50,098 nt of DNA from Patellaria atrata CBS 101060. Lineage: Eukaryota. The DNA lies in assembly GCA_010093705.1 (NCBI GenBank), contig MU006089.1:1004157-1054254 (forward strand), written 5' to 3'. The first letter of the stretch is position 1. Each line of letters starts with the position of its first letter. The notes beneath the pieces are model-generated. The model had not been told where the DNA came from. It searched no databases and worked only from the letters and a program-made list of their open reading frames with translations. This document shows positions 12,101 to 27,100 of the stretch, in pieces. The translations under genes and the position numbers were made by a program.

Positions 12101-15100
12101 TCGTCTGCAATTGAGAAGAGCCAACAGTCTCTGAACCCGGAAGTGGGTCCCATCTTTGCTGCCGACCTTATAGAGGTCGATGGTGGAGAACAGCTCCTCT
12201 TCATGACCGGACATCATTTGTGCATTGATCTCGTTAGCTGGAGAGTGATACTAGGAGACCTTGAAGAATTGCTCACGAATACCGACACGTCCGCATCACT
12301 ATCGAAACCAATGCCTTTCCAGGCTTGGAGCAAGCAACAAGCCGAGCACGCCAGATCTCTTTCCCTGAGTAGAGTCCTCCCTGTCGACGACGTTCCTGCA
12401 GGAGACGGTGTATACTGGGGTATGGACGGAGTTCCTAATCTGTACGGAGATGTGCTCCGCCAAGGCTTCGAGCTCGATAGCTCAACAACTTCGAAGCTCA
12501 TGAGCGACTGCCATCAAGCTCTACGCACTGAAACTGTTGACTTACTTCTATCAGCACTTATTCATGGATTTGCACAGACATTCACGGATAGGGATGTCGC
12601 TCCTATCTACAACGAAGGCCACGGCCGTGAGATCTGGAATTCAGATATCGACTTGAGCAGAACAGTAGGTTGGTTCACCACCATGTATCCGCTATACGTG
12701 CCGGGAGCGACTTCTAGTGATATTATCGACATCGTAAAGGGAGTAAAAGACTTCCGTAAACGCCTCCTCGGTAACGGTCGCCCGTACTTCGCTAGTCGCC
12801 TTCTCACGCCTGCTGGTGACGAGAAATTCCATCACCATTGGCCTCTAGAACTTACATTTAATTACCTTGGTCAATACCAGCAACTGGAGCGCCAGGATGC
12901 TTTGTTGCGTCCTGTCGAAGAAATGGCTGGTGAGGCTCGCGGTGCAGGTGGAACCGCAGATGTCGGCCACTTGACTCCTCGTTTCGGGCTTTTCGAAATC
13001 TCAGCTGTCATTGCCGCTGGCAAGCTTCGATTCTCATTCACATTCAATCGCCACATGAAACATCAACAGGAGATCTACAATTGGGTTTCGACAGTTGAGG
13101 ATTCGCTCAAAGTGATCTCACAAAGACTCGTCCAAATGCAACCTGAGCCGACTCTGAGCGATTACCCATTGATGTCTCTGAACCGTAGCAGCCTCCAGGA
13201 GCTAATCACTCAACGCCTTCCTGCCATAGGAATCCGCAATATGAGCGAGATTGAAGATATTTACCCTTGCTCCGCGATGCAGCAAGGTCTATTGCTGAGT
13301 CAGACGAAGGACGCTGGATACTATGCTGTTCAAATTACTTGCGAAGCTAAACATCAGCAAGGTAGCATGGTAAATGCTGGTAAACTCACCGCAGCTTGGC
13401 AAAAGGTAGTCAATCGCCATGCGTTACTTCGCACTGTATTCCTAAACGACAGTAACAATGGTATGTATGACCAGGTTGTCTTCCGTACGATTGATGCCCC
13501 AATCGTTCAACTGGAATCCAACAACACCGAGCACGCATTACAGATGCTTAAGGAACAGCGAACTCTGCATGAAAATGCAGGTACTGTGCCCCATCGCTTC
13601 ACTGTTTGCCGTGTAGGAAACCAACAGACCTTCTTCAAATTGGAGATGGGCCATACTATCATGGATGGAACATCTATGTCGGTTCTACTGCGTGACCTGA
13701 AACTAGCATATGAGGATAAACTCGAAGCTTCAGGACCCCTTTACAGCGAATACATCGCATACTTGCAACAACAACCCTTCGAGGAAGGTATCGAGTATTG
13801 GAAATCGTATTTGCGAGATGTTGAACCATGCCAATTTCCGATTCTCAACGACGGTCTTCCCAAACCCCGCCAGCTTCACTCGATTCGCGTCGGCTTCAAG
13901 AACATGTCAGCGCTGCAGCAGATTTGTCAGAAGTATGGTGTTACCTTATCTAATGCTTTCCATACGGCCTGGGCCCTCACTTTGAGGTCTTATACAGGTT
14001 CCGATGGAACATGCTTTGGATATCTCATCTCCGGTCGTGACATTCCAATCGACGGTATTGAGGAGGCGGTCGGACCTTTTATCAATATGCTCGTATGCAG
14101 GGTGGATATGCCCAGCAAATCTAGCATCGTCGATGTCATGTCCCAGGTGCAAAAGGACTACACCGACAGCATTCCACACCGTTATACCTCGCTAGCTGAA
14201 GTTCAGCATGCGTTGAAGTTGGGTGGAACAGCCTTGTTCAACACCGCGCTCTCATATCGACGCCTCCCGCCTGATACGGATGTTGTTGAACCTGGTGTTT
14301 CCTTCACCGAATGCGCCCCCACTTTTGATCCCACTGAATATGATGTTTCTATTAACGTTGAAGTAGCGGACCACGATGCATACATTGACCTCGATTACTA
14401 TGTTGACTACCTGTCTGATGGCCAAGCATCAAATGTTGCAAACACATTTGTTCAGGCTTTGGAGAATATTATTCAGCAAGCAGACACCAGAATCGAAAAA
14501 CTCGACGGCTTGAGCGAAAACGACCGACACCAGATCATGAGCTGGAACAGCCAGATGCCGCCGACGATCAATAAATGTGTTCACGAAATTGTTCAGGAGC
14601 GCGTCTTAGAACGCCCCCAAGCGTCAGCTGTCGAAGGCTGGGACGCCAAATTTACGTATGTTGAACTTAATAAGAACGCTAACCTACTTGCACAGTACTT
14701 GATGAACCTTGGAGTCGGCGCGGAAACTTTAGTGCCTGCATGCTTCGATAAATCCGCTTATACCGTTGTTGCGATGCTCGCGATAATGAAAGCTGGTGGT
14801 GTTGTCGTAAGTTAGATCATCGGAGCAGTGTTCTCCACGAAATGCAGGACTTGTTAGTTAACGTCTTTACTTCAATAGGTCCCATTAGGTGCAAACCACC
14901 CTAAATCTGCACTGGAAGATCGTGTTCAAGACACTCAGGCCAGTATCGTATTGGCATCCACAGAACGTGCACCTATCTTTGATGACGTAGTACCGACTGT
15001 GGTTGCTGTCAATGCTGAGCTCTTGAAGGAACTCGCGGCCGAATACGGCCTTGTGGAGAATCCTGCTCGAAATGTCGTACCTGAAAATGGATGCTTTATC

Positions 15101-18100
15101 ATCTTCACCTCAGGAAGTACCGGAAAACCGAAAGGCGTCGTTCTTGAGCACCGTGCCCTTGCAACTAGCCACAATGCTCACGGAACTGCTCTTGGCCTCG
15201 GACCACACTCAAGGGTTCTGCAATTCGCTTCTCACACATTTGACAACAGTATCGAAGAGATGTTCACTACTCTCACGCGAGGTGGAACTGTATGTGTTCC
15301 GTCAGAGCATGACCGCATGAATGATTTGGCTGGAGTTATTACTCGTCTCAACTGCAATTTCATGGATCTAACTCCCACCGTGGCGAACACCCTTGTACCA
15401 TCAGATGTGCCCTCTATCAAGAGCATGGCTCTTGGTGGTGAAGCGATCACCAAACGCAATGCGGACACTTGGGGCAAAGCAGTTCAATTGCACGGACAAT
15501 ATGGCCCTTCGGAATGCTCCATCAACTGCGTCTGGAACGGAGACATTGGAGCATCACCGGAACCAACTAATATTGGACGTGCCGTTGGCAGCGTCTCTTG
15601 GGTGGTCCATCCTCGCGATCATAACCTACTCATGCCAGTCGGAGCTGCTGGTGAACTACTCGTAGAAGGTCCTATCCTTGCTAGGGGTTATCTTAACAAT
15701 CCAGAGAAGACAGCAGAGGTTTTCATCGAAAATCCTCTTTGGGCATCTGCTTCAAAAGACTTCTCTGTCCGCCGATTCTACAAGACTGGAGATTTAGTCC
15801 GATATAACTCCGATGGTACGCTCACGTACCTAGGCCGAAAAGATACACAAGTTAAGCTCCACGGTCAGCGTATCGAGCTAGGTGAGATCGAGCACAACGT
15901 CAAGCAGAGTCTCACTCTTGATGGAGAAGTTGGTGTGGAGCTCGTTAAGATCAACGGTGTCAAGGCACTCGCAGCGTTCTTGTGCCTACCAGACGCAGTT
16001 GATAGCGAGGTTGAATCCATTCCTGGTCTCTTGCCAATGACAGATTCTTTACGATCTATTGTCGGTGGACTGGAGCAAGCATTGAGCGATCTTTTGCCAA
16101 CGTACATGATTCCGTCACTCTTCATACCCGTTGCCGAAATGCCTTTGACCACTTCTGGAAAGCTAGACCGTCGTGCCTTGCGATTGATTGCAGAGGGTCT
16201 TTCGGAACAACAGTCAGCAATGTACAGACTTGCAGGTGGCAGTGGCCGAGCACCGACGACCGATATGGAAATTGCACTCCAGGAGCTTTGGGGTAGCGTC
16301 TTGCCAGTAGATGCGAAATCTATTGGTGCTGATGATGGTTTCTTCAGGCTTGGTGGTGACTCTATTGCCGCAATTTCTCTCGTCACAGCAGCGAGGAAGA
16401 AGGGTATCAGTCTCACAGTTGCTACTATTTTCCAGAAACCCAAGTTGTCAGATATGGCGAATCACTGCACATTCAATTCTGCGCAAGAAATTAACAAGAC
16501 AGAGGCCCCGGCCCAGCCTTTCGCGCTCTTAAACGCTACCGCTAGTTCTCTCGATGATATCATCCACGAGCTTGCTCAGGAATGCAACATCGAAACTCAC
16601 GACGTTCAAGATATATACCCTTGCTCCCCTCTGCAAGCAGGTCTTGTCGCTCTCTCCAACAAGCAAGATGGCGCATATGTTGCACAAAATACCTACCGAC
16701 TTCCTTCTGACATTGACATCGAACGGTTTCAGGAGGCATGGCGACGAGTTGCACAGTCAGAAGCGATCCTGCGCACTAGGGTTGTGCACACAAAGAGGAC
16801 TGGCTTCGTCCAAGTCGTCATTCGTGAAGATATCCACTGGAATACCGCCAGCACCTTTTATGATCTATCCGAAGACAGCAACAAGTTGCAACTAGGCAAT
16901 GGTGGACGCCTAACTAACTTCGCTTTGGTAGGTCCATCTCAGGGTGCTTATCATTTCGTCTGGACTATCCACCATGCCTTGTATGACGGATGGTGTATCG
17001 ATTTGATGCTCCAGAAGGTGAAGCAGTGTTACGAACATTCCAAGATCACCCAATCCGCTCCTTATTCGAGCTTTATTAGGCACCTTACAGCTCTCGACAA
17101 TGATGCATCAGACGACTTCTGGATTTCGAAACTATCAGAATCTTCCTCTCGACAGTTCCCGCAATTGCCGAGTCCGGCATATGCAGTTTCACCAACAAGC
17201 TTACTTACGCACACTATGCTGGTACCACAGAAGCCCAGTCCTGATGTTACATTACCTTCTGCCATCAGAGCTGCTTGGGCTCTTATCGTTGCTGCTTACT
17301 CTGGTTCAGACGATGTTCTTTTCGGCGAGATATTGACCGGCAGAGACGCTCAAGTCGACGGAATCGAAAGTATAGTTGGACCCACTTTGACAACTATTCC
17401 TGCTCGATTCCAGGTGAATCGTGATTTGAACGTAGAAGATTTTCTCCGAGAGGTTCAGAATTCCTCAGTGGAAGCAATGCCATATCAGTTTGCAGGCCTT
17501 CAACATATCAAGCAATTGGAAAGGAAGTCATCATCACTTTCTTGCGAATTCCAGAATTTACTGGCGATCAACAGCAGCGAAGATGAAATTGACAACTTCT
17601 GGGTACCTGAAGCAGCTGATAGCGCCATGGCTCACTTCTACACCTACCCCCTTACCATTGCTTGTACGATCGGCAAGAAAAACCTGTCATTCGAAGCCCA
17701 TTTCGATCAAGACATCATCCCGAACTGGCATGTGCAGCGTTTGTTGTACCAATTCCAATCAATGCTTGAGCTACTCACTGGATCAGCAGCCAAGCAGGTT
17801 AAGGTAGGTCAAATGGCACTACTAAGCTCACAGGACAAGAACACCATCAGAAATTGGAATTCAAGCCTCCCGCAGGCCGTTACAAGATGCATCCACGAGA
17901 CAATCCACGATATTACTTTGTCCAAGCCGGACTCTCCCGCCATCGCTTCCTGGGATGGCAGTTATACATACAGCCAATTGGATCGCCGCTCCACGTCATT
18001 GGCTCGCCGTTTGGTTCTGGAAGGTATACGCCCAGGCGATATTGTTCCCCTTTGCTTCGAAAAGTCTGCACTTACAATCGTCGCAATGCTCGCTGTCTTG

Positions 18101-21100
18101 AAAACAGGAGCCGCATTCACATCTTTAGATCCTAATGCTCCTATTGCTCGTCTACGAGTCATTGTGGAGGAAGCGGAATCACGAATGATAGTATGCTCTC
18201 CACAACAAACTGAACTCTGCAAGAATATCATGAACAAAGTCTATACCTATGCTCACGAATCCTCGGATGAGTGTGAGACTTCCCGTACAAGTTTGCCCGC
18301 GGTCAATTGCGAAAACACAGCTTATGCGATCTTTACCAGTGGTTCCACTGGAACACCTAAAGGAGTACTCGTTAGCCACAAAGCGTTCTGCACTGGAGCA
18401 GCTTGGCACGGTCCGGCCTTACGCATTGGATCAGACACTCGCGCGCTTCAATTCGCCTCCTATACCTTTGACGCCAGTCTTTTGGAAATCTTCACTACTC
18501 TGTCTGTCGGTGGCTGTGTCTGTGTTCCAGATGACACCCGAAGGATGAATGATATAACCGGTGTGATCAATGAGCTCCAAGCAAATTGGTCACTCTTGAC
18601 CCCATCATTTGCCCAGTTGATTCAACCTTCTACTGTACCGACTCTTCGAACTCTCGCACTTGGTGGAGAGGCAATGTCTCGCGCCCATATCACCACCTGG
18701 TCCACCGAGGTGCATCTTATTAATGCTTACGGTCCTAGTGAAACTGCTGTAGTTGCGACTGCGAACTCTCACGTAACCTCTACAACCGATCCCGCAAACA
18801 TGGGTCGGGCCGTGGGTGGTCGCTCCTGGGTTGTTGATCCACTGAATCATGATCGACTAATGCCTATCGGCGCAATTGGAGAACTCTGTGTTGAGGGTCC
18901 TATTCTAGCATCTGGGTATCTTCACAACGAGAAGAAGACTGCAGAAGTATTCATTCAAGACCCGAAATGGACTAATGAACTTATTTCTGGGGAAAATGGA
19001 AATGCTCGGGTTAAAATCTATAAGACTGGTGATCTTGTTAAGTACGATGCAGACGGATCCCTACTTTACTTGGGACGAAAGGACACACAAGTCAAATTAC
19101 ACGGCCAAAGACTTGAGCTCGGCGACATTGAGCATCATTTGCGAACCGATTCCCTGATCAAACATGCCCTCGCTGCAATCCCCACGACTGGTGTATGTGC
19201 CAAACGCATGGTAGCCGTACTTTCATTGCAAGAGATTGCTTCTTCTAGCAGTGATTCAGGATTACTTCACCTCGTTGCCCGCGAAGCAGCAGCCTTCAAT
19301 CTTCCCGAAATCCGCGACAGAATTAGCGGCAAGCTTCCGGCTTATATGGTACCATCAATCTGGGCTGTCGTGCAGGAGCTTCCTCTCCTTCCTTCTGGCA
19401 AACTTGATCGCCGCCAAATTATCACATGGGTCGAACAGATGAGTCAAGAAGTGTATCAACAGATTACAGAGGTCGCTGTTTCCAACGATGCCACAAATTC
19501 TATGTCTGGAGCAAGCGATATCGAGCTCCGTCTTCAGAAGATTTGGGCTTCTGTTCTAAATCTGCCACAGGATCAGATCGCATTGAATGTACCATTCCTT
19601 CACCTTGGTGGCGATTCAATCAGCTCTTACGACGTTGTTGCTCAAGCACGTGCAGAAAATATTGGTCTTACCGTACAGGATGTCATCCGCTCCAAGTCTA
19701 TCTCCGCACTTGCGCAAGTTGTCACTTTACCCGAGGAAGTTTCTTACCAGAGCGAAAAGGTTGGACAGGCGTTCGATTTGTCTCCTATTCAGAAACTTTT
19801 CTTTGAGTGCGTCGGAGAACGCTTCAACCACTTCAACCAGAGCTTGCTACTCCGTATCTCCAGATCAACTGGGCATCTTGAAATCAGCCGTGCCGTTGAA
19901 AGTATTATCCGTGCACATTCGATGTTACGTGCGCGATTCCATAGAACCATTACAGGAGTGTGGCAACAAAGCATTAGCGATGATGTTACAGGCTCGTTCC
20001 AATTTCAGTCCCATTCAATCGGCCATAGCTCTCAGGAAATGTACGACCTGATCGAGAAGAGCCAAAAGAGCTTGAACGTTGAGCAAGGTCCGCTGTTTGC
20101 GGTTGACCTGTTCACAATCAACGGCGACGAATACCAAGTTATGTCCCTCATTGCTCACCATCTTTCTATCGACGTCGTCTCATGGCGCATCATTCTACGT
20201 GACCTGGAAGACCTCCTCCAATCCGACTCCGCCAAGCTCTCTGCTTCAGTACCATTTCAGATCTGGTCTGATGCTCAGGCCGAGAAGGCTCAGAAAGATG
20301 TGGTCACTTCGGGATTACCTATTCAGGAGTCAATTCATTCTGATTTTAGCTACTGGGCTATGGATGAGGAGCCGAACGTTCATGGAGACGTTATTGTTGA
20401 TGAGTTCGAGCTCGATATGTCGATGACAACGTCCATTCTCAATTCAGGCACATTGATAGCCGAACCTGTGGATATCTTCATTGCAAGTTTGATTCATTCC
20501 TTTAAGAAAGTCTTTACCGACCGCACAGCCCCTGCAATCTTCAATGAGGGTCATGGTCGCGAGCCCTGGAACTCGATGGATCTCTCGAGAACTATCGGCT
20601 GGTTTACGACTCTTTGTCCAATTTATCTACCTTCTTCAGCTAAGACTGATAGAATTGTGGATATCGTCCGATGGGTCAAAGACTTCAGGTCCCGGACGCC
20701 AGGAAAGGGCAGACAATATTTTGCCAGCCGTATGCTCACAGACGCAGGCAAAGAGGCTTACACTTCCCACTGGCCCATGGAAATCACGTTCAATTATCTT
20801 GGACAACTAACACAAATGGATAAACAAGATTCTCTCCTCCGATCTTACCTTCCAGAGGATAGTACCGCAGCCGCCAAAGCTGCTCTTGATGCTGACCAGG
20901 ACATGCCCAGGTTCTCTTTGTTTGATATTTCTGCTGCAGTCATGGATGGGCAACTCAAGTTCTCGTTCGGCTACAATCGCAACATGAGGCGCCTCCCTGC
21001 GATTGCAAATTGGGTGAAGGAGTGCAAGATCTCCCTCTCCGATTTCGCAACTCAGTTAGTGATGTTGAAGCCCGAACCAACGTTAAGCGACTACCCCCTA

Positions 21101-24100
21101 CTCCCGCTCAGTTTCGATGGTATTTCCAAAGTGCATTCCGCTATCAGTGAGATCGGAATAACTTCTCTTGAAGATATTGAAGATGTGTATCCTTCTTCAC
21201 CAATGCAACAAGGCTTACTCCTCAGTCAAATTAAGAATGCCGAGTTGTACTCTTACCACTGCAACTTCGAAATCCGCTCTACACAACCCGGGACATCTGT
21301 GGATATTGGGCGTTTTGCTCAGGCATGGCAAGCTGTGGTAGCGCGACATCCTGCGCTCAGAACCTGTTTCGCCAGTGCCACATTTGATGGAGCTCAGGAT
21401 CAGATTGTGCTCAGAAAGGCCACACCAAGGATCTCCTGGTTAGAAAGTTCGGATGAGAATGCCATCGTCCTTCTAAATGAGCAGCAACCAATCAACTGCC
21501 GCGATCTCCAACCACCTCATCGTATGATTATCTGCAAGACCGATTCTCAGCGTGTATTCTGCAGGCTTGAAATCAGTCACGCCATTTCCGACGGAACTTC
21601 CATGCCAATCCTATTGCGGGATATTATGAAAGCATACAGCGGAACTCTTCCCCACGACAAGTCTGGGCCTCGCTATAGCGATTACATTGCTTACCTACAG
21701 AGCATATCTAAGGAAGCTGACATCAACTACTGGAAGACTTATCTTACTGACATTGAGCCATGCAACTTCCCAGCCATCAATGACAAGGCAGAAGGCGCTG
21801 GAGAGTTGAAATCGGTGACCGTAAATCTTGGAGACAACATTGATCTCCAGAGCTTCTGTACAAAACATGGTCTCACAGTATCCAACGTGCTGCAATTTGC
21901 TTGGGCCCTTGTTCTGCGACACTATACCGGATCGAACGAAATCTGTTTTGGTTATTTGACCTCTGGTCGTGATGTTCCAGTAGCTGGAATCCAAGAAGCT
22001 ATTGGAGCATTCATCAACATGCTTATTTGCCGTGTCAACTTCAACCCAGAGGTTTCAGTGTCTGACACTCTAGATAAGATCCAGTCAGACTTTGTCGCTA
22101 GCATGTCCCACCAGACCTGTTCTCTCGCCGATGTTCAACACGAGTTGGGTCTGTCCGGTACCGCGTTATTCAATACGGCCTACTCTTTCCAGAAGCGCGT
22201 AGGTGGTCAGGATTCGAAATCTGATGCCATTGATTTCGACGTACTCGATGCTCATGATCCAAGTGAGTATAGCGTAACGGTCAATGTTGAACAGATGGAG
22301 ACTGGTACCGAAGTCAGCTTCAGCTACTGGTCGACTCACCTATCAGAAACCCAAGCGGAGAACTTAGCAAACACTTTCCACCACATCACGAATACCATAA
22401 CCCAACGCCATGTTGGTACCAGAGCCATTAAGGAACTGGACTGCTTCGGAAAGCACGGCAAGCAACAAGTGCTAAGCTGGAACAAGACGCTCCCTGCAAA
22501 GGTCAACAAGTGCGTGCACCAGGCTATCAAAGAACAAGCACGTCTCCGCCCAGCATCGGCCCAGGCGATCTGCGCTTGGGATGTTGAATTGACCTTTACT
22601 GAACTCGAAGAATCTGCAATCCGCCTCGCCCATCACCTTCGCAGCTTGGGCGTTCGCCCTGGTGTTTTCGTTCCGCTGTGTTTCGAGAAGACTGGTTACG
22701 CCATTGTCTCTATGATGGCCGTCAATTTGGCCGGTGGTGCATTTGTTCCCCTCGACTTCTCGCATCCTGTTAGTCGCTTGAAGAATTTAATCGATAACGT
22801 CAAGGCCAGTGCAGTGCTTTGCTCTCCAAAGCACGCCGAGAAAGTGTCGTCTGCAGCACCTCTAGCTGTTCCGGTTGATGGAGCTTTCATTGCAAGCTTA
22901 CCAACAGTTTCTTCATCGCTACCGGAGGTCGATCCAGATAGTCCTTCATATGTCATCTTCACCTCCGGTACAACCGGAATGCCCAAAGGAACAGTTATTG
23001 AGCATGCAGCGTTCTGTACCAGCGCTACAGAGCATGCCAGATCTATGTATATGGACTCATCGTCTCGTGTATTCCAGTTTGCCTCTTACACTTTCGATGC
23101 AAGCGTCATGGAAATCTTGAGTACACTTATTGTTGGTGGCTGCGTTTGCGTACCAAGCGAAGAGGAGCGTATGAACGACATCCCAGGAGCTATGGTCAAG
23201 AGGAATGTGAACTGGACCTTATTGACACCCTCTGTTGCAAACACACTCAAGCCCGAATCGGTTCCTACCCTGAAAGTCTTAGTCACTGGAGGTGAAGCCA
23301 TGTCATCTAGCCATATCTCCAAGTGGAAAAATCACTGCAGCATCATCAACGCCTACGGACCAAGTGAGTGCTCCGTCATTGCTACTACTAGCACGAAGGT
23401 CGACATCAACGGCTCTTTGGTGGACAGCGATACGTCGAACATTGGTCCTGCGGTCGGTGGTCGCTGCTGGGTTGTGGATCCCCAGAATCACAACCAGCTT
23501 GTCCCAGTTGGTGCAGTCGGAGAACTTGTTGTTGAAGGATGGATCGTGGCTCGAGAATACCTCAACGATCCTGCTAAAACAGCGGCGGCGTTTATTAGCA
23601 ACACGACATGGGGCCCTGAGATGGGAATCGCAAAGAATCAACGCATGTACAAGACGGGCGATCTAGTGAGATATAACTCTCGCGGACAGTTTGCCTTTAT
23701 TTCGCGCAAGGATACCCAGATCAAGTTGAACGGCCAGCGTATCGAGCTCGGCGAAATCGAGCACAACATCAAAGCGTGTCTACCAGACACATGCCAATCC
23801 GCAGTGGAGCTCGTCGTACCACAAGGAGGTCGCAGTGGTGCCAAAGCACTTGCTGTTTTCTACACCACGGAGAGCGCCAGAAGAGGCAGCACTCACAACG
23901 GCGACAAGTCTGCCCTATTCGCCTCTGACATGTCTCCTTCTGATGAACTCCTCCTACCTATGTCCGACGGTGCCCGTCTCATTGCGAAGAACCTCGAGAA
24001 CTCTCTCGGAGGCGTGCTACCCGCATACATGATTCCCTCTATTTATGTACCAGTCGCTAAGCTCCCTTGGACCAGTTCCGGCAAACTTGACAGAAACCGA

Positions 24101-27100
24101 CTCAAGACCATGGTACAGGCATTGGCTAAAGAGACAATGGCACCATACAGACTCGCCAATGTCGCCTCCAAATCTAAGAAGGCTCCAATGTCCGAACTCG
24201 AGACTAAACTAGCCAAACTTTGGGAGATCATTCTCCAACTGAAACCAGGATCGGTTGCCAACGATGACAATTTCTTCAGACTATCTGGTGACAGTGTTGC
24301 AGCCATGCGTCTTGTTGCAGCTGCTCGCACTGAAGGTCTTGTCCTAACGGTGATCAACATCTTCCGCAATCCCAAGCTCGCTGAGATGGCTAGTGCATGC
24401 ACCATCTTGGAAGACGATGATTTGACTGTTCTCAAACCTTTCGATCTACTTCTAAAGGGCGAATCCAAGGAAGCCACGATCGCGGATCTGGCTTCAGAGT
24501 GTCAAACCAAACCCGAAGCCTTGGAGGACGCTTACCCAGTCAGTGCACTTCAGGAGGGTCTCATAACCCTGACTATCAAGCAACCCGGAGCGTACGTGGC
24601 TCGGAATGTCTTCCGCCTTCCCTTACATGTTGATATCAATCGCTTCAAAGCAGCCTGGCACAAGGTTGTGGCGGAAGTTGATATCCTTCGTACTCGCATA
24701 GTCAACACGAAAGCTGGTTCCTTCATTCAAGTAGTAATGAAGGAGGACCCAATCACATGGAATTCTGCCCCAGATTATGACTCTGTGTTGGCTCAACCAA
24801 GCCATCTTCCTTCAAGGAATGGTGGTCAATTACAGCGTTTCACCATCACGGAAATTGACACCGCAGCTGAGGCAAGATACTTCATCTGGGAGATTCATCA
24901 CGCGTTGTACGACGGTTGGAGCATGCCTTTAGTTCTCAAGAGGGTTGAATCCGCGTACTTTAATACAGCGTCAAACGTGCCAAAAGCTCCTTACGCTCAA
25001 TTCATCAAGTATCTCCGCCTAACCGATCAGAAGGCTTCTGATACTTTCTGGAAGAACAAGCTAGCAGACTCATCCTCCATGCAATTCCCCGAGCTGCCTC
25101 ATTCTTCTGCCGAGCGCACTCACGATGGCCGCGTTTTCTCCCACAGTGCACCAATCAAGATTACTAGTGGCGACATCACAATGCCGACAGTCATCCGCGC
25201 TGCATGGACTTTCCTCATAGCTGCCTACACAGGCGCTGACGACGTAGTCTTCGGTGAAACCTTGACCGGTAGAGATGTCTCAGTCCCTGGCATCACCGAT
25301 ATTGTCGGTCCAACGCTTACAACAGTACCAACAAGACTTCAGCTCGATCGCAGCATTACTGTCAAGGAATTCTTGAACAGAATCCAAGAAGCATCCACGG
25401 CGGCAATTCCCTACCAGCATGCTGGTCTGCAGCATATCAAGAGACTGAACGATGATACTGCAAGGGCATGTGACTTCCAGAATCTTCTCGTCATCCAAAC
25501 TGCAGAAGGAAGGATGAACGATGGATTATGGGATCCTCAAAGCAGCGGTGTTGGCTCGAACTTCTTCACCATGCCACTCGTTGTGGAATGCAGAGCCGGT
25601 CCAAGCGATGTTGAACTAGACATCCATCATGACGCAAATATTCTGTCCCCATGGCAAGCAGAGAGACTTGCCTTCCAATTTGAAACTGTTCTCTCCCAGA
25701 TCAATTCCTCCCTACTTGAAGGTGGTAATCGCTTGGTCGCAGATATCAGCTCCTTCAGCCCACAAGATCAAGAGATGATCAGCAGCTGGAATGCCCATGA
25801 ACCACAACCACTCAACCTCACAATCCACGGATTGTTCAAACGGATTGCTCGATCTCAACCCGAAGCGGAGGCTATCTGTGCATGGGATATGAATTTGACA
25901 TACAGGGAGCTCGAGGACCGAGCATCAGCATTGGCTTCCTGCCTTGTTGAGCTAGGTGTCGGACGCGGCGTTCTAGTACCTGTTTGTGTTGATAAATCCG
26001 CAGTCGGAATCGTATCATACCTAGCCGTACTCATGGCTAACGGGACCTTTGTGCCATTAGATCCAAGCCATCCCATCGAACGACATATCCAAGTCTTCAA
26101 GGATACTGAAGCAACCATTCTTATCTGCTCACCTCAATACCAAGAACGATACGCTAGCAGTGTTAAGGCTATAATTGTTGCCAACAAGGAAACCATGATG
26201 AGCCTACCGCCAGCAACATCCATTCTGGAGGAGGCCACCGCAGCGACGCCTGACGATACTGCTTACGGAATCTACACTTCCGGTTCCACTGGTAATCCGA
26301 AGGCTGTTATGGTCTCTCATAACGCATTTGTTACCAGTTCCGAGGCTTACAGGACAGCAATGCTGATGGAACCGAATTCACGAGTCTTCCAGTTCGCTTC
26401 GTACACTTTCGATGTCGGTCTTATGGAAGTCTTCACAACGCTAACATATGGAGGATGCGTCTGCTCTCCCAGTGAAGATGAGAGGACCAGGAACGTTGGT
26501 GGAGCGCTTGCCTCATTAGCCTGCACATGGGCTTTCTTGACTCCATCAGTGGCTAGCATCATTGATCCGTCTGCTGTTCCATCTATGAGAGTCCTTGTTA
26601 CTGGTGGCGAAGCAATGTCCATCGAGACTGTTACGATGTGGGCAGACAAGCTTACACTCGTGAACGGTTATGGCCCAACTGAGGCCGCTGTTATTGCTGT
26701 GGTCAACAATCGCGTCTCCGAGCAGAAGGATCCTTCCAACATTGGTAAAGGTCATGGAACTTGCATTGCCTGGATCACCGACGCCAACAACCATGACCGA
26801 CTTGCTCCTGTCGGCTGTATCGGTGAGTTAATCCTTGAAGGCCCAATTCTTGCGAAGGAATATCTCAACAACCCGGAGAAGACCGCATCATCATTCATTG
26901 ATGCACCTTCTTGGCAATCAAACTTCGCAAGGCGAGATGGTCAGCAACGTCGCATTTATAAAACCGGTGATCTTGTCAAGTACAACGAAGATGGTAGCTT
27001 TATGTTCCTCGGCCGCAAGGATAACCAAGTGAAACTCAACGGCCAACGTCTTGAACTTGGAGAAATTGAACATCGTCTTGAGATTTCTGCAGATGTCCGC

